64,000 bases of DNA, from NCBI GenBank assembly GCA_036555105.1, contig DATBMA010000062.1, positions 7,063 through 71,062 on the forward strand. The letters run 5' to 3'. The notes under the pieces were generated by a model, which saw only the letters and a program-made list of their open reading frames with translations, did no database searches and was not told where the DNA came from. Origin of the DNA: Acidimicrobiia bacterium (GTDB lineage Bacteria > Actinomycetota > Acidimicrobiia > Spongiisociales > ZC4RG35). A program made the position numbers and the translations under genes. Shown one piece after another: positions 1-5,544 of this stretch (position 1 is the first letter of the stretch; every line of letters begins with the position of its first letter).

Positions 1-135
1 GGTGAGGAATTCGCCCAGAGCCTGACGGGCGGTATCGCAGGCGGCAGCCAGTTCGGAGAACTCGCCGAGGTGGCGCTCGGCGACCGGCTCCCCCGGCCGG
101 TCTCTCGCCTCCACGTACTCGACTGCCTCGAACAT
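1..135 (-). CDS. Hypothetical protein, N-terminal fragment. The start codon is in the window and the gene runs off the 5' edge.
   Basis: ATG at 133-135 on the complement, preceded by GGGAGGACGAGG (RBS-like) at an appropriate spacing. The translation begins MFEAVEYVEARDRPGEPVAERHLGEF. It was too short to appear in the ORF track because it is truncated by the window edge. Confidence 0.35.
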   Translation of the reverse strand, partial: MFEAVEYVEARDRPGEPVAERHLGEFSELAAACDTARQALGEFLT

Positions 136-189
136 CCTCGTCCTCCCAGACCGTGGTCAGGCTACTCCACCCCGGTGGGTGGGAAGGGG

Positions 190-1809
190 TCAGTCGGAGG
201 CGTCCATCAACAGGTCGGCGTACTGGTCGCGCACGACCTTCTTGTCGAACTTGCCGGTGCCGGTCTTGGGAATGGCATCGATGAAAACGATCTTGTCCGG
301 CAGCCACCATGTCGCCACCCGCGACTCGAGGAATTCGCTCAACTCCTCGGCGCTGGCTTCTGCCTCGGGCTTGAGCACCACGAAGGCGACGGGCCGCTCC
401 TGCCATTTCACGTGCTTGAGCCCCACCACGGTCGCCTCCGCCACCGCCGGGTGGGCCATGAGGTGGTTCTCCAGGTCGAGCGAGGAGATCCATTCGCCGC
501 CGGACTTGATCACGTCCTTGGCACGGTCGGTGATGCGGATGTATCCCTCGGGGGTGATCTTGCAGACGTCACCGGTGCGGAGCCATCCATCGACGAAGCT
601 TTGCGATGAGCGGGGGTCGTTGTAGTACTCGGCTGCGATCCATGGCCCTCTGATCAAGAGCTCTCCAAAGGCCTCTCCGTCATGTGGTAACTCCTCCCCC
701 AGCTCGTCGACGATCTTGACCTGCAAGCCGGGGACAGGAATCCCCGCCGTCTCCATGAAGTCGAGCTGGCGCTCGAAGTCCCAGTCCTCCATCCCCGGTT
801 TCAGCATTGCCGTGGCCGCCACCGGGTTGGTCTCGGTCATGCCCCAGCCCTGCAGCACCCTGATGCCGCGGTTCCTCCAGTACCAGTCGATCATCGCCCT
901 CGGCACTGCCGAGCCCCCACAGAAGAAGGCGCGCAGCGACGAAACGTCTACGTCCGGGTTGGCGGCGAGATACTGCTGGATGCCGAGCCACACCGTGGGG
1001 ACTCCGGCCGAGATCGTGACGTGCTCACTCTTGAACAGGGCGGTCAGGCCCTGGGGGGTGAGATCCGGGCCCGGATAGGTGAGCTTGGCCCCGACGGTGA
1101 CCGCCTGGAATGGATAACCCCATGCGGCCGCGTGGAACATGGGGACCACCGGCAGCACGTTGTCGTTGGCGGAGACGGCGAAGTTGGCCAGGTTGGAGAT
1201 CGTGTGCAAATAGGTGGAGCGCTGGGTGTATGCAACCCCTTTCGGGTTGCCGGTGGTACCCGACGAGTAACAGAACATCATCGGCGAGCGCTCGTCGAGA
1301 AGCGGCCACTGCCCGTGCGGCTCCACCCCGTCGATCAGATCCTCATAGGCGATGGAGCCCGGGATCAGGTCACTCGCCTCTGGGCCCATAACTACGAATG
1401 CTCGAACCGATCCGAGCTTGGGAGCCAGTGGTGCCATCAGCTTTGCCAGGTCGGGATCGACGAAAATGACCTCGTCCCCGGCGTGGCCGACGATGTATTC
1501 GATCTGGTCGGGGAACAGACGGATATTGAGGGTGTGGCAGACCCGCCCTGTGTTGGCGGTTGCCCAATAGAGCTCGTGGTGGCGGTGGTTGTTCCAGGCG
1601 AAGGTTCCTATCACCCCGCCAGGGTCGACCCCCAGCTTGGTCTGGAGAGCAGTGGCCAGCCTTCGGACCCTGTCGTCGAGGGAGCCGTAGGTGTGACGCC
1701 CCACGGTGCGATCGGCATCGACTGAGACCACCTCCTGATCCGCGTAGAGCCCGACCGCGCGGTCGTAGAGAGTTGAAAGGAGAAGAGGGAAGTCGTCCAT
1801 CATGTGCAT
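190..1809 (-). CDS. Fatty-acid--CoA ligase (AMP-binding, FadD-like), about 539 aa.
   Basis: The ORF 190-1977 carries the AMP-binding signature YSSGTTGNPKG. The start was refined to ATG at 1809 (the reading is MHMMDDFPLLL) because the upstream 56 codons are Arg/Gly/Pro-rich with no family-like sequence. Confidence 0.85.
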   Translation of the reverse strand: MHMMDDFPLLLSTLYDRAVGLYADQEVVSVDADRTVGRHTYGSLDDRVRRLATALQTKLGVDPGGVIGTFAWNNHRHHELYWATANTGRVCHTLNIRLFPDQIEYIVGHAGDEVIFVDPDLAKLMAPLAPKLGSVRAFVVMGPEASDLIPGSIAYEDLIDGVEPHGQWPLLDERSPMMFCYSSGTTGNPKGVAYTQRSTYLHTISNLANFAVSANDNVLPVVPMFHAAAWGYPFQAVTVGAKLTYPGPDLTPQGLTALFKSEHVTISAGVPTVWLGIQQYLAANPDVDVSSLRAFFCGGSAVPRAMIDWYWRNRGIRVLQGWGMTETNPVAATAMLKPGMEDWDFERQLDFMETAGIPVPGLQVKIVDELGEELPHDGEAFGELLIRGPWIAAEYYNDPRSSQSFVDGWLRTGDVCKITPEGYIRITDRAKDVIKSGGEWISSLDLENHLMAHPAVAEATVVGLKHVKWQERPVAFVVLKPEAEASAEELSEFLESRVATWWLPDKIVFIDAIPKTGTGKFDKKVVRDQYADLLMDASD

Positions 1810-1841
1810 GCGCCGGAGCCTAGAGAAAGGCGCAGACGCGA

Positions 1842-1889
1842 GAGACCCCGAGGGAGCCTCGGCCGAAGCCTCCGCCCTCTCGGGGTTCC
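1842..1889. repeat. Copy 1 of an intergenic hairpin repeat of about 48 bp (ACCCCGAGRGAGCC...GGCCGAAGCC...CCCTCTCGGGGTTCC).
   Basis: It is near-identical to 2196-2244. A 10-bp inverted repeat, CCCCGAGAG/CTCTCGGGG, flanks an inner GGC-CGAA-GCC mini-hairpin. Confidence 0.6.
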
Positions 1890-2195
1890 CGCTACCACCT
1901 TGCGATGGCAGTGTCCCCGTTTCCGGGGAACGCTTCGGCGTCTCGACGGCCCGAAGGCCCCCGGCCGGCTTTCGCACACCCTTGCGGATGTCCGAAGCGT
2001 GCAGTCCGCCTTGCGGCTTCCTGCCGCCTCAGGAGTCACCCCCTGAAGCGGTCGGCACGATAACCGTCCGCTACAGGATGGCAAGCCCGGAGCCAACCCA
2101 GTTTTCGCGAGGTGGTGTGGGCGTTCCCTTCAGGGTGGGAAAGGTTTTCGTCACCCCGAATCACTCCCCGCGAGGCCCACAAAAGTGAAACCCCG

Positions 2196-2244
2196 AGAGA
2201 GCCAGGGCCGAAGCCCCCACCCTCTCGGGGTTCCTTGCCTCCGG
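2196..2244. repeat. Copy 2 of the intergenic hairpin repeat.
   Basis: The sequence AAACCCCGAGAGAGCCAGGGCCGAAGCCCCCACCCTCTCGGGGTTCC is a direct repeat of the element at 1842-1889. Confidence 0.6.
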
Positions 2245-2430
2245 CTTCCCGGGCCCGAAGACCCGTTCCCCCGGTGACCCCGTTGAGGCCTTTCGGCCCC
2301 TCCGAGACCGGTCTGGAGTCACCCCCACACCGGCCTGCGCAACATACGAGGGCATCCTCCGCCTCGTCAAGCCGGGAGCCTCTCCAGTTTTCGCGAGGGC
2401 CTGCCTGGTTTTCGCGAAACAACGCTCCCG

Positions 2431-2464
2431 GTTTCTGTCACAGGCCGGCCATATAGTCGGAGGG
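2431..2464 (+). promoter_or_regulatory. Candidate DNA-damage (RecA-NDp / PafBC-type) promoter with a leaderless start.
   Basis: The sequence is tTTCTGTCAcaGGC-N6-TATAGT, i.e. TGTCA at 2436-2440 and TATAGT at 2451-2456. The GTG start of the downstream nuclease lies 8 nt after the -10. The same architecture is seen at 5511-5538. Confidence 0.4.
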
Positions 2465-3247
2465 GTGACGCTGGAGACTCTCTCGCCCAGCCGGGCGGCC
2501 GATTTCAAGGCCTGCCCAAGGCTTTTTCGCTTCCGGGCAATCGAGCACCTGCCCGAGCCGACCACGGTTCACCAGGCTCGTGGGACCACGGCCCACCTCG
2601 CTCTGCAGCGGCTTTTCGACGAGGCCCCGGCCGAGCGGACCCCGGACCGGCTCTTCGACCTCTTCCGCCAGGCATGGACCGAGTTGCGCTCGGACGAGGA
2701 GTTCGCGGGGCTCTTCCCTGACCTCGACGAGGAGCGCGCCTGGGGGGTGTCGAGCCTGGCGGTGCTGGCCAACTACTTCGGGTTGGAGGACCCGACCTCC
2801 TTCGATCCCCTCGACCGCGAGCTCGACCTCCTACAGGACTTCGACGGGGGCATCACCATCCGCGGCATCCTCGACCGGATCGATCGGAGGCCGGATGGGC
2901 GCCTGGTCATCACCGACTACAAGACCGGGAGCGCTCCCCCAGAGCCATACGCCCTGCCTGCGTTCTTCGCCTTGAAGATCTACGCCCTGTTGATCCGCCG
3001 ACATCTGGGAGAGACGCCGGCCGAGATCCGGCTGCTCTACTTGAACGGCCCCACCATGTACCGGATCCCGGTGGACGACGGTCAGCTCGACGCAATGGAG
3101 CGTCAGCTGCGGGCGCTGTGGAAGGCGATCGAGCGAGCCCTCGAGAAGGATCTCTTTCCGCCCCGGCCCTCGCGTCTCTGCGACTACTGCTCTTTCCGAG
3201 ACCGCTGCCCGGCATGGGTGGAGCTGGCGGCTGACCTGGCCGGCTGA
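2465..3247 (+). CDS. PD-(D/E)XK nuclease of the Cas4/RecB family carrying the cysteines of a 4Fe-4S cluster.
   Basis: It has a GTG start. It carries the RecB nuclease motif LVITDYKTGS, a C-terminal CDYCSFRDRCPAW (C-x2-C-x5-C) and an N-terminal Cys (FKACPRLF), which is the Cas4/AddB-type Fe-S arrangement. Confidence 0.8.
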   Translation: MTLETLSPSRAADFKACPRLFRFRAIEHLPEPTTVHQARGTTAHLALQRLFDEAPAERTPDRLFDLFRQAWTELRSDEEFAGLFPDLDEERAWGVSSLAVLANYFGLEDPTSFDPLDRELDLLQDFDGGITIRGILDRIDRRPDGRLVITDYKTGSAPPEPYALPAFFALKIYALLIRRHLGETPAEIRLLYLNGPTMYRIPVDDGQLDAMERQLRALWKAIERALEKDLFPPRPSRLCDYCSFRDRCPAWVELAADLAG

Positions 3248-3273
3248 CCTGGCCGGCTGACCTGGCCGGCTGA
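3228..3273. repeat. Tandem 13-bp repeat (CGGCTGACCTGGC, about 3.5 copies) spanning the stop codon of the nuclease gene.
   Basis: Read directly from the sequence. It lies in the 32-bp gap between the convergent genes 2465-3247 (+) and 3280-4551 (-). Each copy carries a TGA in a different frame. Confidence 0.85.
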
Positions 3274-3279
3274 GGTCCG

Positions 3280-4551
3280 CTAGGGGAATATCCCCCTCAC
3301 CAGCTTGGCCTCGGCCACCTTGCCTATCCCGCGCATCAGCGCGGCGGTGCGCATGTCGACGTCGCGGGCGATGCTCACCGAGAGGACGTCATCGAAGGCC
3401 CTGGTCATGATCTCCCGCAGCCTGGCCACGATCTCGTTCTCGGTCCAGAAGTACTTCTGCACGTCCTGGACCCACTCGAAGTAGGAAGCGGTCACCCCCC
3501 CGGCATTGGCGAGGATGTCGGGAACGATGAAGACGCCCTGCTTGCGGAGGATCTCGTCCGCCTCGAGCGTGGTCGGGTTGTTGGCGCCCTCGATCACGAT
3601 CCTCGCCTGCACCTCATGGGCATTTTCGACCGTGAGCACGTTCTGCACTGCGGCCGGCACCAGGATGTCGCATGGGAGCCCGAACACCGCACCCGGGGCG
3701 AGCTGGTCCGCATCGGGATAGCCCTCCAGGTATCGATTCTGGTCCACCCACTTGGCGACGTTCTCGAGCTCGAGCCCATCCGGGTTGTAGAGGGCGGAGC
3801 CGATGTCGGCCACGGCCACCACCTTGCAGCCGAGCTCGTTTGCCGCGATCGCCGCGTAGCGCCCGACGTTGCCGAACCCGTGCACGGCCACCGCGGCGTC
3901 CTTGTATGGGATGCCGACATGGGTGGTGGCCTGGGGGATAAGGCTCACCAGCCCGCGCCCGGTCGCCTCCCGCCTGGCGACGCTGCCGCCCAGTGCGGGC
4001 GGCTTGCCGGTGACCACTGCCGGGACCGAATGCCCGACATGCTGGCTGTAGGTGTCCATCAGCCAGGCCATCACCTGCTCGTTGGTCCCCAGGTCGGGAG
4101 CGGGGATGTCGACCTCGGGACCGATCACGTTGATGATCTCCATCGTGTAGCGGCGTGTGACCCGCTGCAGCTCGGCCCTCGAGAGCTCCATTGGGTTGAC
4201 CCGCACCCCGCCCTTGGCCCCCCCGAAGGGGAGCCCGACGATGGCGCACTTCCAGGTCATCAGCATTGCCAGCGCCGAAACCTCGCCCAGGTCGACATCC
4301 GGGGCGAAGCGGATCCCGCCCTTGGTCGGGCCCATCGTCTTGAGATGCTGAACGCGGTATCCGAAGAGGGTGTCGACCTTGTTGTAGCTGTCACGACGGA
4401 ATGGGAAGCTGACAACTGTGGCGCGCTGGGGGACGCGCAGGCGGTCGGCGACATTGGCGTCGAGCTCCATGAGGGCCGCCACCCGGTCGAACTGCCCCAC
4501 CGCCTCCCGGTACATCGGGGAGTCCCACTCTTTGTTGAGCTCTTCTGGCAT
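3280..4551 (-). CDS. gdh: Glutamate dehydrogenase (Glu/Leu/Phe/Val dehydrogenase family).
   Basis: It has the KGGIRF and GLPFGGAKGG motifs and is 423 aa long. The RBS GAAGGAG precedes the ATG at 4551. Confidence 0.9.
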   Translation of the reverse strand: MPEELNKEWDSPMYREAVGQFDRVAALMELDANVADRLRVPQRATVVSFPFRRDSYNKVDTLFGYRVQHLKTMGPTKGGIRFAPDVDLGEVSALAMLMTWKCAIVGLPFGGAKGGVRVNPMELSRAELQRVTRRYTMEIINVIGPEVDIPAPDLGTNEQVMAWLMDTYSQHVGHSVPAVVTGKPPALGGSVARREATGRGLVSLIPQATTHVGIPYKDAAVAVHGFGNVGRYAAIAANELGCKVVAVADIGSALYNPDGLELENVAKWVDQNRYLEGYPDADQLAPGAVFGLPCDILVPAAVQNVLTVENAHEVQARIVIEGANNPTTLEADEILRKQGVFIVPDILANAGGVTASYFEWVQDVQKYFWTENEIVARLREIMTRAFDDVLSVSIARDVDMRTAALMRGIGKVAEAKLVRGIFP

Positions 4552-4675
4552 GGCTCCTTCTCTGGTGGCGGGCGGATGTTACGTCTGGCCACTGAATCGG
4601 CGGGGTTGGCGGGTCCCTCAAGTATCGAAAAGCCATTGCCGATAGGCATGAGATGGGACGGAGGTCCGCGGCCTG

Positions 4676-5401
4676 ATGCGCCGTGCGCTCGTGCTCGTTG
4701 CAACTGTCGGTGGCTGGGTCCTGGCCATCAACCTCACGGTCTCCGCCGTCGCCCCTCCCGGCCCCGTCTACGAGGTGGAGGTGGCTACCACCTATGCCAA
4801 CGCCACCTTTCCCGAGATCACCGACCCCTCCCCCGATCGCCTGACCCCGGCAGCCGCCCTGCCCAGCATCACCTCCACGGCTCCCACCACCTCCACTACC
4901 GCCGCCCCCTCGACCACCACCGCCCCGACCACTACCACGGCCGCGCCGACCACCACGACCAGGCCAAAGCCCAAGCCGACCACCACCAGCACCACCAACA
5001 CGACCGCGGCGCCGACCACCACCGCGGCACCGGCAGGCAGCTTCTCCTCTTCGGCGGAGACCGACTTCGTCAACCGCATCAACGGCCTCCGAGCCGACAA
5101 CGGCCTGCCGGCGCTCAAGGTCGACGGCGACCTCAAGGCTTACGCCCGCAATTGGGCGGAACACATGGCGACGGTGGACAAGTTCCAGCATTCCGACATC
5201 GGCGACCTCCTAAACCCGTGGACCATCGTCGGGGAGAACATCGGGAAGGGCGGCTCGGTCGCCTCGTTGTTCCAGGCGCTGGTCAACAGCCCCGGCCACT
5301 ACGCCAACATGGTCGAGGACTCCTTCACCCATGTGGGAGTGGGAGTGTGGATCGACGACGACGGCACGATGTGGACCACCCACGTCTTCGCCGGCAAGTA
5401 G
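4676..5401 (+). CDS. Secreted CAP/SCP (PR-1-like) domain protein with an N-terminal TM/signal segment and a Thr/Pro-rich linker.
   Basis: It has the CAP signature GHYANMV...HVGVGVW. The N-terminus is hydrophobic. A TTTAAPTTTT low-complexity linker lies at about 4880-5035. Confidence 0.75.
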   Translation: MRRALVLVATVGGWVLAINLTVSAVAPPGPVYEVEVATTYANATFPEITDPSPDRLTPAAALPSITSTAPTTSTTAAPSTTTAPTTTTAAPTTTTRPKPKPTTTSTTNTTAAPTTTAAPAGSFSSSAETDFVNRINGLRADNGLPALKVDGDLKAYARNWAEHMATVDKFQHSDIGDLLNPWTIVGENIGKGGSVASLFQALVNSPGHYANMVEDSFTHVGVGVWIDDDGTMWTTHVFAGK

Positions 5402-5512
5402 CACAGTCTCACGGTCTCACGGTCTCACGGTCTCACGGTCTCACGGTCTCACGGTCTCACGGTCAGACTTCGAGACCTCGAGACCTCGAGACTGTCCGAC
5501 TTCGAGACCTCA
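5402..5512. repeat. Tandem octamer array (ACGGTCTC, about 7 copies) followed by an array of its inverse (CGAGACCT, about 4 copies), forming a long imperfect hairpin.
   Basis: Read directly: cacagtctc(acggtctc)x6acggtcagacttcgagacctcgagacctcgagactgtccgacttcgagacctc. GGTCTC and GAGACC units can pair, leaving 2-nt bulges between them. Confidence 0.85.
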
Positions 5513-5544
5513 TTTCTGTCCCTGCCCTCTGATACGTTGGCCGG
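5511..5544 (+). promoter_or_regulatory. Second copy of the candidate DNA-damage promoter, with a leaderless start for adnA.
   Basis: The sequence is tTTCTGTCCctGCC-N6-TACGTT, and the GTG start at 5545 lies 7 nt after the -10. It shares the layout TTCTGTC[A/C]-N11-TANNNT with 2431-2456. Confidence 0.35.

Noticed and set aside
2070-2330. A cobalamin riboswitch (a B12-box-like CCGAGACCGG at about 2303-2315) or another known riboswitch in the long intergenic region.
   Set aside because: There is only a weak partial match to the B12 box. The other conserved cobalamin-riboswitch elements were not recognisable by eye. Neither flanking gene is a typical B12-regulated gene. The question is left open pending an Infernal search.
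5402-5512. A possible CRISPR array, or a restriction-site significance (GGTCTC is the BsaI recognition site).
   Set aside because: The 8-bp units are contiguous with no spacers, and the second half is the inverse of the first, so this is a hairpin array rather than CRISPR. The BsaI match is coincidental for a 6-mer in a high-GC genome.
3616-5532. A 638-aa plus-strand ORF in the track, and many other long ORFs (for example 3614-4249, 4391-5191, 14521-15582, 17195-17944, 9406-10071 and 27449-29086).
   Set aside because: They are antisense to or out of frame with strongly supported genes (gdh, the CAP protein, the radical SAM protein, aceE, adnB and the VWA protein). Their translations are Arg/Gly/Pro-rich low-complexity sequence typical of spurious ORFs in 70%-GC DNA.
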